64,000 nucleotides of DNA, taken from Clostridia bacterium (GTDB lineage Bacteria > Bacillota > Clostridia > TANB77 > CAG-465). The stretch covers positions 60-64,059 of the forward strand of contig JAZSQI010000005.1 of assembly GCA_045537895.1 (NCBI GenBank), read 5' to 3'. Made by a program: the position numbers and the translations under genes. This document shows positions 40,820 to 51,590 of this stretch, piece by piece. How positions within the stretch are numbered: the stretch's first letter is position 1; each line of letters starts with the position of its first letter. The notes beneath the pieces were generated by a model. The model saw nothing but the letters and a program-made list of their open reading frames with translations. It was not told the DNA's origin and did no database searches.

Positions 40820-41435
40820 TTACTCTGCACATATTTTATCTTTTATTTTATTAAATTTTCCTTCTCCTATTCCATTAACATTCATAAGTTGTTCAATTTC
40901 AGTAAACTCATTTATTTCTCTATACTCTATTATTTTCTCTGCTGTCTTTTCACCTATTCCATCTAATAGTTTTAATTCTTCAATTGTTGCCGTATTTATA
41001 TTTATTTTGCTGTTATAACTATCATACTCTATTTCTTCTTTTTTTACTGATGGTATAATTATCTTTTCTTGATTTTTAAGTACTCTATTATAGTTTATAT
41101 TCTGCAAATCTGCCTCTTTAGTTATTCCTTCTGCTAAATCTATAGCCTTACTTAATGTCGCTCCCTTTTTTAATTTTATATAGCCGGGGTTTATTTACCT
41201 GTCCATCTATATACACTCCTATTTCTTCTTTTTTTAAAAAGTTTGGCATTAATATACCATTTATTGTTATTCCACCCTTATCTAAAAATTTTATATTAAC
41301 CCCTAGAAAAAATATGATTAGAAATACTAAAATCAATAATGATATTACATATGTTTTTTTATCATTTTTAAACATTTTATTTATTATTATCTGTTTTATA
41401 CTAATTATTTTTATCACTCCTTTATTTTTAATCAT
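40820..41435 (-). pseudogene. comEA: competence protein ComEA split by a +1 frameshift
   Basis: TM + SLBB start (VYIDGQVNKP) in the first ORF; HhH (NINTATIEELKLLDGIGEKTA) in the second; removing one base at CCC CGG restores PGYIKLKKGATLSKAIDLAEG. Confidence 0.8.
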
Positions 41436-41464
41436 ATTTATAGTATAATTATTACGTTTATGAG

Positions 41465-42832
41465 GTGGTTATTAATATGAATAAAAAAATAACTTTAAAG
41501 TTACTAACTATATTACTGTTTTTTATATTATGTTTTTCCAATATTTTTGCAGATAATGTTCCTAATCTAAATTGTAAATCTGCAATTATAGTGGACAATG
41601 ATAGTGGCAAATTATTATTTGGTGTAAATGAAAACGAAAAAATATACCCTGCAAGTACAACCAAAGTTTTAACTGCAATTTTGGCATTAGAAAATTTAGA
41701 TATAAATTCTTCAACAGTCGTTTCACAAAAAGCAATAGATATACCATATGATAGTTCTAATGCTGCTTTAAGACAAGGGGAAGTTATGACTATAAAAGAT
41801 TTACTTTATGCTCTAATGTTAAAATCAGGAAATGACTCTGCCAATGCTTTAGCAGAAGCTGTTTCTGGCGATATTGATAAATTTGTTGTTCTTATGAACC
41901 AAAAAGCAAAAGACTTAGGTTGCACAAACACGAACTTTACCAATACTCATGGTTATCATGATGATAATCATTACACAACTCCTTCCGATATGATGAAAAT
42001 CTTATCTTATGCTATCGAAAATGAAACTTTTGTTAATATATTTTCAACCAAGGAATATGTTATAGAACCTACAAATAAAACATCTAGCAAAAGGACATAT
42101 GACAATACAAACAGACTAATATTAACAAAGGAGGACAGTTACCTTTCTAGATTTTATGAGTATTGCATAGGTGGAAAAACAGGTTATACAGAAGAAGCCG
42201 GAAGAACACTAGTAGCATATGGAAAAAAAGATGATAAGGATTTAATTATAGGTGTATTTAATGCCTCTGCTTCAGGAAGAGAAGATGTAAGATATACAGA
42301 CGCTATAAATTTATTTGAATATGGATTTAATAATTTCTCTAAGTATAAAATATTAGATAAAAAAGATTATAGTTTCTCATATGTAAATTATGATAATGAT
42401 ATTATATATAATTATTCTTTATCTGAAGATATTTATACTCTAGTAAATGATACTGACGCAGACGAGCTTGTAACAATTAATTATGACGTAAAACTTGATT
42501 ATGACAAATTAAATAAATATGATATTAATACCTCGGATTATGAAAATCAAGTAGTTGGTAAAATTAAAATAGATTTTAGACAAAACTTGTCTACATACGA
42601 CAAAGAATATGATTTAGTATTGACCGGAATGGAGAAAATACCTTTCTTAAGTAGGAAGAGCACGCAAAAACTATTAATAAATATTATTTATATAATTATC
42701 TCTATATTCGTGGTAATACTCATTTTAAAAATACTTATTAAAATGGGTAGGAAAAAGAAGAAATCAAAAATACCTACTAATTATGAAAAAGGTAATGTTA
42801 AATATAAATCAAGAAGAAAGAGAAAAGTATAG
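41465..42832 (+). CDS. D-alanyl-D-alanine carboxypeptidase (S11)
   Basis: PASTTK (SxxK), SGND, KTG; signal peptide and C-terminal TM. Confidence 0.92.
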   Translation: MVINMNKKITLKLLTILLFFILCFSNIFADNVPNLNCKSAIIVDNDSGKLLFGVNENEKIYPASTTKVLTAILALENLDINSSTVVSQKAIDIPYDSSNAALRQGEVMTIKDLLYALMLKSGNDSANALAEAVSGDIDKFVVLMNQKAKDLGCTNTNFTNTHGYHDDNHYTTPSDMMKILSYAIENETFVNIFSTKEYVIEPTNKTSSKRTYDNTNRLILTKEDSYLSRFYEYCIGGKTGYTEEAGRTLVAYGKKDDKDLIIGVFNASASGREDVRYTDAINLFEYGFNNFSKYKILDKKDYSFSYVNYDNDIIYNYSLSEDIYTLVNDTDADELVTINYDVKLDYDKLNKYDINTSDYENQVVGKIKIDFRQNLSTYDKEYDLVLTGMEKIPFLSRKSTQKLLINIIYIIISIFVVILILKILIKMGRKKKKSKIPTNYEKGNVKYKSRRKRKV

Positions 42833-42874
42833 CCATAAAAGGCAAGACAGCCAATATATTTTGGCTGTCTTATT

Positions 42875-43792
42875 TTATTCAGCGTTTTCATCTACATCTT
42901 TCTCATTTATTTGTTTTTCTTGCCAATCTTCTTTTATGATTCTCCTTGCCTCTTCTTTGTCTGCTAACACATATGATAAGCCATCAATATATTTAGGTGT
43001 GTTTGGCATTGTAATAGACTGAATTTCATCTATATTTATTTCTTTTATTTCATTTATATACTTCATAATTTCTCTCGTAGTTGCATTGGTTTTCATATTA
43101 GATAGGGCAATTTTTGCTACCTTTGGAATTTTTGATATATTTTCTTTATCAAGCATTGTTTCAATAAACGCCTTAATAAAGTTTCTTTGAGCCTCTACTC
43201 TGCCAAGATCAGCATTTGCATAACCAGACCTAAATCTTACAAAAAGCTCTGCTTCTTCCCCATTTATTACGTGAGTTCCTTCTTCTAAAGTAATCCCTCC
43301 ATTTTCGTCAAAAAACATCTTTTGAGGCACATATACTTCAACCCCACCTATTGCGTCAACAACTTCCTTTACAAAAGTTATATCATATATAGCATAGTAG
43401 TCTATATTTACATCTAACAAATTTTCTATTTCATCTATAAACGGTTGTAAGTTTTTTCCTCTATATATTGCATTTATTTTATGCCCATTACAATATTCAT
43501 TTGTACTGTACGTATCTCTTGGAACTGACATCATATAGAGTTTATTTGTATTTGTATTATATTTTCCATATATTATACTATCTGTAAGATTTTCGTTTGT
43601 TCCTACTATTAAAAAGTTTATTTTTTCCTTTAAATCTTCTTTTTGTGAAATGCTCTCACTTATAGCTGCATATGTATCTTTACTCAAAATATTATTTATA
43701 CCAAATAATATTCCCCATATTGCAATTCCTATTACGCTAAGCAAACTAAATGTTATAGTTAATCTTTTATATGCATTCTTTTTCTTCTTCAT
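42875..43792 (-). CDS. LCP (LytR-CpsA-Psr) family protein
   Basis: SVPRD, KINA, VDAIGGV, FVRFR...DLGRVEAQ. Confidence 0.92.
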   Translation of the reverse strand: MKKKKNAYKRLTITFSLLSVIGIAIWGILFGINNILSKDTYAAISESISQKEDLKEKINFLIVGTNENLTDSIIYGKYNTNTNKLYMMSVPRDTYSTNEYCNGHKINAIYRGKNLQPFIDEIENLLDVNIDYYAIYDITFVKEVVDAIGGVEVYVPQKMFFDENGGITLEEGTHVINGEEAELFVRFRSGYANADLGRVEAQRNFIKAFIETMLDKENISKIPKVAKIALSNMKTNATTREIMKYINEIKEINIDEIQSITMPNTPKYIDGLSYVLADKEEARRIIKEDWQEKQINEKDVDENAE

Positions 43793-43808
43793 TTACTCAC
43801 CAGTTTCA

Positions 43809-44468
43809 TTATAATAATTTTGTACCTAATATAGATATAATTATATTATTTTCATATAACCATTTTGTTATGCAAGACTCATTAATATAGTTTGTTACCG
43901 AATTTAAAATATCTAGTGGCGATAAGAACGATATTATTGCAAGCAATATTAATATTCTAAAAATCATTAATAATACCTCTGTTGATGCTCCCAATGTTCC
44001 ATTTAAAGTTTTTAATACCGGTAATTTGCACACTGTATCTAAAATTAGCCCTATTATTCCCATTAATATAGATACTACTACAAATACTAGTATAAAACTA
44101 ATTCCTTTGATTACAAAATTAGTTATTTTACCTGACCACTCACTTATTACTTCTGTTTTTTTATCTTCAGCTGCTCGATTTATTTCTTCAATTGTTTTTT
44201 CTAATATTGGTATGTTTACGTTGTTTTGTTCTTCTTTTTCTTCAGTTTTAGCAAATTTTACTAATTTATCCTCTACTGCAACGTTTATTGAGTTTTCAAG
44301 TCCTAATGATTCTCCTATAAAAGTAGCAACACTAGACTGAAGTATAAAAGATAGAGCTATTGCTAAAACAAAAGTCCCCAATTTTATTATTACCTTTACA
44401 AATCCTCTTTTATACCCTATAAATGCACCTAATAGCAATATTGCTATTAAAACAATGTCAAGAATCAT
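43809..44468 (-). CDS. CvpA family membrane protein
   Basis: ILDIV...GYKRGFV...LNGTLGA pattern. Confidence 0.8.
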   Translation of the reverse strand: MILDIVLIAILLLGAFIGYKRGFVKVIIKLGTFVLAIALSFILQSSVATFIGESLGLENSINVAVEDKLVKFAKTEEKEEQNNVNIPILEKTIEEINRAAEDKKTEVISEWSGKITNFVIKGISFILVFVVVSILMGIIGLILDTVCKLPVLKTLNGTLGASTEVLLMIFRILILLAIISFLSPLDILNSVTNYINESCITKWLYENNIIISILGTKLL

Positions 44469-44482
44469 AACTTTGCCCCCTT

Positions 44483-45748
44483 TTATATACCTATTACTAC
44501 TATTTTATTCGAATATATTATGGCCATATTCTTTCCGTCATTAAATACTACTGGTTTTGTTATTATACTATCTGATTTATATTTTTTAATATGCATTCCC
44601 CATCTATTATATATATTAATTTCTTTGTTTTGAACCACATAAGCAAGTGAATTATAATAAGTAAAGTATTTAATGGATTCGCTAAATTTGTGTGTTCCTA
44701 GTATACTATATCTGCCATTTAAAAACTGTATAGTATTTTCTTCATCAGATATCTCTTTATATACATATGATATTCCCGACTTATCTAATGATATGTTTGA
44801 TATATTTTTATCTGTTATGTCTAGCTCTCTTTTTGAGTCCGAAGATATATTACATGTGTATACCTTGCTTGAAGTTAGAGCTATTATTTTAGAATTCGTA
44901 AATTCAATATCGTATATAATATCATTCTCAACCTCTAACACCGTTTTCACTTCTTGAGAATTATTAAAATCAATTATCTTTAATATTGAATTAACGCTTA
45001 TTCCTTGAGTCTCTACTTCGTAAATTAATAAATACCTTCCATTTTTAGATACTGTTGCACTTGCTATATTCTCAGTTTTTAAAGTAACTTCATATTTTTG
45101 CTTACCCTTTTTATCAAATATACCTATATCAGATTTTATTCCCTCTTTAGAATAATGTATAACACTTTCTCCATTTTCGTTAATACTTGATTTTTTTATT
45201 GTTCCATCTATTTTCTTTCTACAACTTTCATATTTATTATCAAAAACATAAATATACCCACTGTCTTTATTAACTACTTGTATATATTTCCCATTTGTAT
45301 TTATTTCAGGAATAAAAGTTTCATCAAAAGTATATTCCCATGTTTTCTTTCCATATCTACTATATGTAGTAAGAATTCCTTTAGAATATACCAATATTTC
45401 ATTTTGATATGCACACACTTTATTGTCTGAAGTAGCTATATCAATTACAATAGCATCCTGCTCTGATATTTCTTTTGAAAATGTTATTCCTATAATATGT
45501 CTATACTTAAATAATAATACAATTATAATTATTGAAACTATTATTAGTATATATTTTAAAATACTACTTGTAGATTTCTTTCTCTTTTTTTCTTTCTTTT
45601 CTATTTCCTTTTGTTTTTGTTTCTTTTCCTTTTGAAGAGCCTTTTTTGCTATTTCAATGCCTTTGGAAATATCTTCGTTTTCCATGCCTTGTTTTCTTCT
45701 TTTTTGCTTTACTTCTTGAACTTCTTGACTTTCTTTATTTTTCTTCAT
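44483..45748 (-). CDS. membrane-anchored beta-propeller-like protein (DUF5711-like)
   Basis: Basic N-terminus, TM, repeated beta blades; next to cvpA. Confidence 0.6.
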   Translation of the reverse strand: MKKNKESQEVQEVKQKRRKQGMENEDISKGIEIAKKALQKEKKQKQKEIEKKEKKRKKSTSSILKYILIIVSIIIIVLLFKYRHIIGITFSKEISEQDAIVIDIATSDNKVCAYQNEILVYSKGILTTYSRYGKKTWEYTFDETFIPEINTNGKYIQVVNKDSGYIYVFDNKYESCRKKIDGTIKKSSINENGESVIHYSKEGIKSDIGIFDKKGKQKYEVTLKTENIASATVSKNGRYLLIYEVETQGISVNSILKIIDFNNSQEVKTVLEVENDIIYDIEFTNSKIIALTSSKVYTCNISSDSKRELDITDKNISNISLDKSGISYVYKEISDEENTIQFLNGRYSILGTHKFSESIKYFTYYNSLAYVVQNKEINIYNRWGMHIKKYKSDSIITKPVVFNDGKNMAIIYSNKIVVIGI

Positions 45749-46988
45749 AATACTTCTCCCACTTTTTAGGATTAAAATATTTTCTATCTTTCATTGCATC
45801 TGTCATATACTGTTGATTTACAAATCCGTTTTCATAATCATGTGGGTATTTATACCCATTGCTATATCCTTGCTTTTTCATATCTTCTATTGGTGCATTT
45901 CTAATATGCATTGGAGCTTCTCCTGTATCTTTTGTCCTAACATCCTCAATTGCTTCATTGATACCCATATATGCGCTATTTGATTTTCTACTTAGTGCAA
46001 CAACAAGAGCAGCTTCTGATAGTATAATTCTTGCCTCAGGCATTCCAATTTGGTGCACAGCTTGCATTGCTGCGTTTGCCACAACTAACGCTTCAGGATT
46101 AGCAAGTCCAACATCTTCTGCTGCGCATATTAATATTCTTCTTGCTATAAATAATGGGTCTTCTCCTGCTTCAAGCATCCTTGCCATATATAGCAAAGTT
46201 GCATCAGGATCACTTCCCCTCATTGATTTTATAAATGCACTAATATTGTCATAGTGAGCATCGGCTGACTTATCATACATAATTTTTCTTTTTTGCATAC
46301 ACTCTTCTATTATTTCATCAGTTATTTTTACGCTTCCGTCAATATCCATTTTCGATGTTATAACAGCAAGTTCTAATGAATTTAATGCCGTTCTTACATC
46401 CCCTCCAGACATACTACTTAAAAACATTAATGTATCATCTGATATATTTACGCTATACCCTCCCAAGCCATTTTCATTATTTTTTAATGCTTGTTTTAAT
46501 ATTTTAAATATATCATCATTTGTAAGTAACTCTAATTTTAATACCGTAGACCTAGAAACAAGCGCTTTATTCACTTCAAAATATGGATTTTCAGTTGTAG
46601 CCCCTATTAATATAATTTTACCTTTTTCAACGTATGGTAAAAGAGCATCCTGTTGTAATTTGTTAAATCTATGTATTTCATCTATAAATACAATCGCTTT
46701 TCCTTGTGGATTTAAAAAAGCATTATCTAATTCCTCAGCTATTTTCTTTATATCAGAAACACCTGCACTTGTAGCATTAAGTTCAATAAACCTATATTTA
46801 GTAGTCTTTGATATAACATAAGCAAGTGATGTTTTTCCACATCCTGGTGGTCCCCATAATATAACCGAGGTTAACCTATCTGCCTTTATTAATCTATATA
46901 ACAGCTTGTCCTTGCCTACAATATGTTCTTGTCCATAGAACTCTTCTAGAGTTTTTGGTCTCATTCTATATGCTAGTGGTTTGTCCAT
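45735..46988 (-). CDS. rarA: replication-associated recombination protein A (MgsA)
   Basis: PLAYRMRP, GPPGCGKT, DEIHRF, ATTENP, KSMRGSD. Confidence 0.95.
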   Translation of the reverse strand: MDKPLAYRMRPKTLEEFYGQEHIVGKDKLLYRLIKADRLTSVILWGPPGCGKTSLAYVISKTTKYRFIELNATSAGVSDIKKIAEELDNAFLNPQGKAIVFIDEIHRFNKLQQDALLPYVEKGKIILIGATTENPYFEVNKALVSRSTVLKLELLTNDDIFKILKQALKNNENGLGGYSVNISDDTLMFLSSMSGGDVRTALNSLELAVITSKMDIDGSVKITDEIIEECMQKRKIMYDKSADAHYDNISAFIKSMRGSDPDATLLYMARMLEAGEDPLFIARRILICAAEDVGLANPEALVVANAAMQAVHQIGMPEARIILSEAALVVALSRKSNSAYMGINEAIEDVRTKDTGEAPMHIRNAPIEDMKKQGYSNGYKYPHDYENGFVNQQYMTDAMKDRKYFNPKKWEKYYEEK

Positions 46989-46991
46989 TTA

Positions 46992-47918
46992 TTACTCCTC
47001 TTTCTTTAATACTTCCTCTATTATTCGTTCTTTTGTTATTCCATATAAATTCATTATTTCTTTTGCATTTCCAGATTTTCCAAATTTATCTTGCACACCT
47101 ATTTTAATAATCTTTTTCGGAAATTTCTCACATAATACATCTGCAACAGCAGAGCCTAAACCTCCAATAACGCTATGGTCTTCTATAGTAATTATCTTAT
47201 TTGTTTCTTTTGCACACTTAACTACTGTATTTTCATCAATTGGCTTAATACTATATACATCTACTACTCTTATGTTTACACCTTTTTCTTTTAAAATGCT
47301 CATCGCCTCAAGAGCTATATGTAATGTATAACCAGTTGCAAATACCGTAGCATCATTGCCATCTCCAAATACCTTCGAGCCACCTATCTTAAACTTTTCT
47401 TTCTCATCATAAACACTTGGAACATCACATCTTCCAAGTCTAACATATATAGGTCCATCGTTATATTCTTTTATATTCTCTATTATTTTTTTTGTTGCTA
47501 TTTCATCTGCAGGACTTAAGACTATCATATTTGGTATTGTTCTCATAAGAGAAATATCTTCTACCATTTGATGCGTTGGGCCATCTTCTCCTACAGAAAG
47601 CCCAGAATGTGTTGCACAAAGTTTTATAGGAACTTTTGAATATGCAGCTGCATTCCTTATTTGCTCATATGCACGGCCTGCTAAAAACATTGCAAACGAT
47701 GATAGATATACTTTTTTTAAACTTAAAGCAAGTCCACATGCTGTACCTACCATATCTTGCTCTGCTATACCAACATTAATATGTCTGTTAGGAAATTCTT
47801 TCTTAAATAGTAATGTTTGGGTTGCATGAGCCAAATCAGCATCTAAAACTATTACATCATTATCTTTTCTTCCTATTTCTACTAATGCTTCTCCATAAGC
47901 CTTTCTTGTAGATTTCAT
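46992..47918 (-). CDS. transketolase C-terminal subunit
   Basis: GIAEQ, GEDGPTHQ, EDHSVIGGLG. Confidence 0.92.
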   Translation of the reverse strand: MKSTRKAYGEALVEIGRKDNDVIVLDADLAHATQTLLFKKEFPNRHINVGIAEQDMVGTACGLALSLKKVYLSSFAMFLAGRAYEQIRNAAAYSKVPIKLCATHSGLSVGEDGPTHQMVEDISLMRTIPNMIVLSPADEIATKKIIENIKEYNDGPIYVRLGRCDVPSVYDEKEKFKIGGSKVFGDGNDATVFATGYTLHIALEAMSILKEKGVNIRVVDVYSIKPIDENTVVKCAKETNKIITIEDHSVIGGLGSAVADVLCEKFPKKIIKIGVQDKFGKSGNAKEIMNLYGITKERIIEEVLKKEE

Positions 47919-47935
47919 AATTATACCTCTTTTCT

Positions 47936-48745
47936 TTAATTAAGTTCTTCTTTTGCCTTTATATATTCTTGCTCTGTTAATGATTTCCCATGATAATTAA
48001 AATCGTTTTCCATAAAAGTAACGCCTTTTCCTTTTATTGTTTTCAGCACAACAACACTTGGTTTAGCATTTGGACTATTTTTTATTTCATTTATGGTATC
48101 AATAATCTTTTCTATATCATGACCTGGTATTTCGTATGCATTAAACCCAAAAGATTCGAATTTTTCTTTTATTGGTTCAGGAGTTGTAACTTCTGATAAT
48201 TTACCATCAATTTGCAGACCGTTATAATCAACAAGAGCAATTAAATTATCAAGCTTATATTGTGATGCTGTCATTGCTGCTTCCCATACTTGTCCCTCTT
48301 CTATTTCGCCGTCACCCATAAGGCAATATATATGCCCCTCTCTGCCATCTATTTTTTTGCTTAATGCCATTCCATTTGCAATAGATAGTCCTTGCCCAAG
48401 CGACCCTGAAGATGCATCCACTCCATTTGTTTTTATACTTGGATGTCCTTCAAGACTTCCATCTATTTTTCTAAGCGATAACAGCTGTTTTTTTTCTATA
48501 AATCCTTTAGATGCTAAAACAGAATAATATGTAGGCGCGGCATGTCCTTTAGAAAGTATGAACTTATCTATTCTTTGACCTTTTTCATCTAGATTTAAAT
48601 TCATTATATTATGATATAATGCTACTATAATTTCTACACAAGATAAACTTCCACCTGGATGTCCAGAGCCTGATGCATATAACATTTCAATTATATCTTT
48701 CCTCGTTTCTTTACATTTTTGGATTAGATTTTCCACATTATCCAC
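47936..48745 (-). CDS. transketolase N-terminal subunit
   Basis: GHPGGSLS, SKGHAAP, GDGE TPP motif. Confidence 0.93.
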   Translation of the reverse strand: MDNVENLIQKCKETRKDIIEMLYASGSGHPGGSLSCVEIIVALYHNIMNLNLDEKGQRIDKFILSKGHAAPTYYSVLASKGFIEKKQLLSLRKIDGSLEGHPSIKTNGVDASSGSLGQGLSIANGMALSKKIDGREGHIYCLMGDGEIEEGQVWEAAMTASQYKLDNLIALVDYNGLQIDGKLSEVTTPEPIKEKFESFGFNAYEIPGHDIEKIIDTINEIKNSPNAKPSVVVLKTIKGKGVTFMENDFNYHGKSLTEQEYIKAKEELN

Positions 48746-48822
48746 CTCTATCTTCTTATATATGAATTATATTATATTTTAATTATATTTGCAATTATAT
48801 ACGTATATATCTTTCAAATATA

Positions 48823-49665
48823 TTATTTAAATCCATAGCCTAATACTTCAACAGATGGTGCTATATACATGAACGCTCCCTCGTCTTCTTTTTTAACAAT
48901 AGCTTTTATCTTATATATCTGCGTAATAGTAGCTACACATTCTATTTTTGTATAAGGCTCCTTTGTATATTCTCCAACACAATTAATAGTAGTTACTCCT
49001 CTTTCTATTTCTTCCATTATTCGTTTTGATATAACATCCGGTTTTTTGGTAATTATATTTATAATTTTAGTATAATTTACACCCTCAAATACAACATCAA
49101 TTGTTTTTTTAGAAACAAATATAGCTATTATAGAATAAAGGCCTGAACTTAGACTTTTGAAAACCAATACTGTAACTATAATTACAAAACTATCAATAAA
49201 GAGCATTAGCTGACTTGTACTTGCTATTGGTCTATACTTATATACTATTTGTGCTAATAGTTCAGTTCCACCTGTACTTGCTTTTCCTTTAAACACGATT
49301 GAAAGTCCTATACCTAATATTAATCCCCCAAATACGCTACTTATAAAATAATCCGTTCCTATATTAAAAAGTTCATACTCAGCTATATTAGATGTTGCAT
49401 CTATAAATAGTGAAAGTATAGACGTTCCTATTAATGCTTTAAGTGTAAATTTAAATCCTATTTTTGATATTGATATTATAAATAATGGTAAATTTAATAC
49501 AAAAACAGTAATTCCTATTGGAAATTTAAATATGTGATTTAATACTATGGCAATACCACTTGCTCCTCCACTTGAAATATTATTTGGCACAAAAAACAAA
49601 TTTATTGCTATTGCTGTTAAAAATGTGCCTATTAATATGTATATTATATCTTTAATTTTTTCCAT
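48823..49665 (-). CDS. YitT family membrane protein
   Basis: GGASGIA, STGGTE, RGVT motifs. Confidence 0.88.
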   Translation of the reverse strand: MEKIKDIIYILIGTFLTAIAINLFFVPNNISSGGASGIAIVLNHIFKFPIGITVFVLNLPLFIISISKIGFKFTLKALIGTSILSLFIDATSNIAEYELFNIGTDYFISSVFGGLILGIGLSIVFKGKASTGGTELLAQIVYKYRPIASTSQLMLFIDSFVIIVTVLVFKSLSSGLYSIIAIFVSKKTIDVVFEGVNYTKIINIITKKPDVISKRIMEEIERGVTTINCVGEYTKEPYTKIECVATITQIYKIKAIVKKEDEGAFMYIAPSVEVLGYGFK

Positions 49666-49722
49666 AAAAAATACTCATCTCCAATGTTTTACCATTAGTA
49701 TGAGTATTTTTATTATAAATTA

Positions 49723-50844
49723 TTATTTCTTTTTTTGAACCACTTCAACATAGCAAATATCTTTTTCTTCTAAATATTTTTTATTACATCTGTTATTGCC
49801 AACTACATAATTGACTTGATTTGAAGGAACAATTAATTTTAAAATTGTTGTTGTTTTATTTTCTTTATTCCTATCAATTTTATTACCTATACGCCTTTTT
49901 TCCATTTTGTTTTCTATATACTCTAACATTATTTTTGATAAAATTCTTTCCCTATAATTATCACATACAGGTCCTATTATCTTACTATTTTTGACAGATA
50001 TTTCTTCAGTAGTTTGCAAACCTACTCTAATAACATTAACTCCTCTTTTTATACATTCTTTATACATCATTGTTGCTCTATTTATTGCATCTTCTAATTC
50101 TAATGCTTTATATTTTTTTGTTTTATACATATTAAGAAGTTCGCTATCTTCTAAAACATAAACAGGATATATTCTAATTATATCCGGTTTTAGATTTAAA
50201 CTTTCTAGTACTGTGTTTTTTTCTTTCTCATAAGTGCTACCAGGCAAGCCACACATAAGTTGATGACCTAAAACAAAGCCTCTTTCCTTAATTAAATTAG
50301 ACGCTTTAACAACATCTGCTTTTGTATGTCCCCTTTTTGATAAAATTAATACCTCTTCATCCATTGATTGAACACCAAGTTCAATAATTTCTACATTGTA
50401 TTTTTTTAACACTGCAAGTATCTTTTCATTTATATAATCAGGTCTAGTAGAAATTCTAACTGAACTAACAACCTTTTTATCTATAAATTCTTTAACTATC
50501 TCTAAATATTCTATTTGCTGTTTTTCTTCAATGCCTGTAAAACTACCTCCAAAAAAAGCAACTTCAACTTTTTTTCCATCTTTTTTATATTTATTTAGTG
50601 CGTCATTAATTTGGTTTCTTACGTCACTTGCAGAAACTATTTTCTGCTGACCACTAATCTTCCTTTGATTACAAAAAACACATTCATTTTTACATCCTAC
50701 ATGAGGTATAAAAATAGGAATTGTTCTCTTGTTTTCCTTTGGTATATTTAATCCTAATTCTTTTTTTCCATCTATTTTAATTTTATATGTTTTTAAGCGC
50801 CTCTTCTGCTGCTTTTTGTTGTGCTTCTTTTTTTGATTTACCAT
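49723..50844 (-). CDS. Elp3-like radical SAM protein (start uncertain)
   Basis: IPIFIPHVGCKNECVFCNQ, FFGGSFT, STRPD; usual neighbour of rnc in clostridia. Confidence 0.85.
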   Translation of the reverse strand: MVNQKKKHNKKQQKRRLKTYKIKIDGKKELGLNIPKENKRTIPIFIPHVGCKNECVFCNQRKISGQQKIVSASDVRNQINDALNKYKKDGKKVEVAFFGGSFTGIEEKQQIEYLEIVKEFIDKKVVSSVRISTRPDYINEKILAVLKKYNVEIIELGVQSMDEEVLILSKRGHTKADVVKASNLIKERGFVLGHQLMCGLPGSTYEKEKNTVLESLNLKPDIIRIYPVYVLEDSELLNMYKTKKYKALELEDAINRATMMYKECIKRGVNVIRVGLQTTEEISVKNSKIIGPVCDNYRERILSKIMLEYIENKMEKRRIGNKIDRNKENKTTTILKLIVPSNQVNYVVGNNRCNKKYLEEKDICYVEVVQKKK

Positions 50845-51472
50845 TTCCTTCTCCCATTTTTATATTATTAACATAAACTTCAACATAAAAAACTTTATCA
50901 TGAGCTGGTCCTTCTTCTCTTACCAATTCATACTTTATATCCTTATTCTTTTCTTTTTGCACTTCCTCTTGAAGCCTTGTTTTGTAATCTTTATTTTCCG
51001 TTACATTATTTATTTCATCTTCTATAGTTTTTTCAAGCAATTTAAGGCATATTTTTTCTGCTACGTCAAATCCAGCATCTAAATATATAGCACCAAGAAT
51101 TGCTTCGAACATATCTGCAAGCATTGCATCTTTTTTACTGTTTTTAATCTTAAGTTCACATCTTCCTACTTTTAAGCATTCTTCTAAATTATATTCTTTT
51201 ATAACTGTGCAAAGTGATTTTTCACATACTATTCTAGCTCTTCTTTTTGTTAGCATACCTTCTTTTTCATCAGGCAATTTATTATATAAATATTTTGATA
51301 TTATATGTTCTAATATAGCATCCCCTAAAAATTCAATTCTTTCATTATATGCATCTAGATTGCTATCGCCTTTATCATGAGCGTATGATTTATGCGTTAT
51401 AGCCATATTAGCTAATTTTTTATTCTTAAATGTATAACCTATTCTTAATTCTAATTTTTCTATATTTAACAT
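50783..51472 (-). CDS. rnc: ribonuclease III
   Basis: NERIEFLGDA, ADMFEA, dsRBD (KTRLQE...GPAH...KKEAQQ). Confidence 0.96.
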   Translation of the reverse strand: MLNIEKLELRIGYTFKNKKLANMAITHKSYAHDKGDSNLDAYNERIEFLGDAILEHIISKYLYNKLPDEKEGMLTKRRARIVCEKSLCTVIKEYNLEECLKVGRCELKIKNSKKDAMLADMFEAILGAIYLDAGFDVAEKICLKLLEKTIEDEINNVTENKDYKTRLQEEVQKEKNKDIKYELVREEGPAHDKVFYVEVYVNNIKMGEGNGKSKKEAQQKAAEEALKNI

Positions 51473-51550
51473 TTCTTTCTCCTATCATGTATATATAATT
51501 TTACCATAGTATAAGCTTTCTTTCAACCATACTTACACAAAATAAAACAA

Positions 51551-51576
51551 TAACCACCGGTCAAAACCGATGGTTA
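51551..51576 (-). terminator. terminator after the precursor peptide
   Basis: TAACCACCGG...CCGATGGTTA stem followed by a T-rich tail on the minus strand. Confidence 0.65.
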
Positions 51577-51590
51577 TGTTTCATTGAGAC

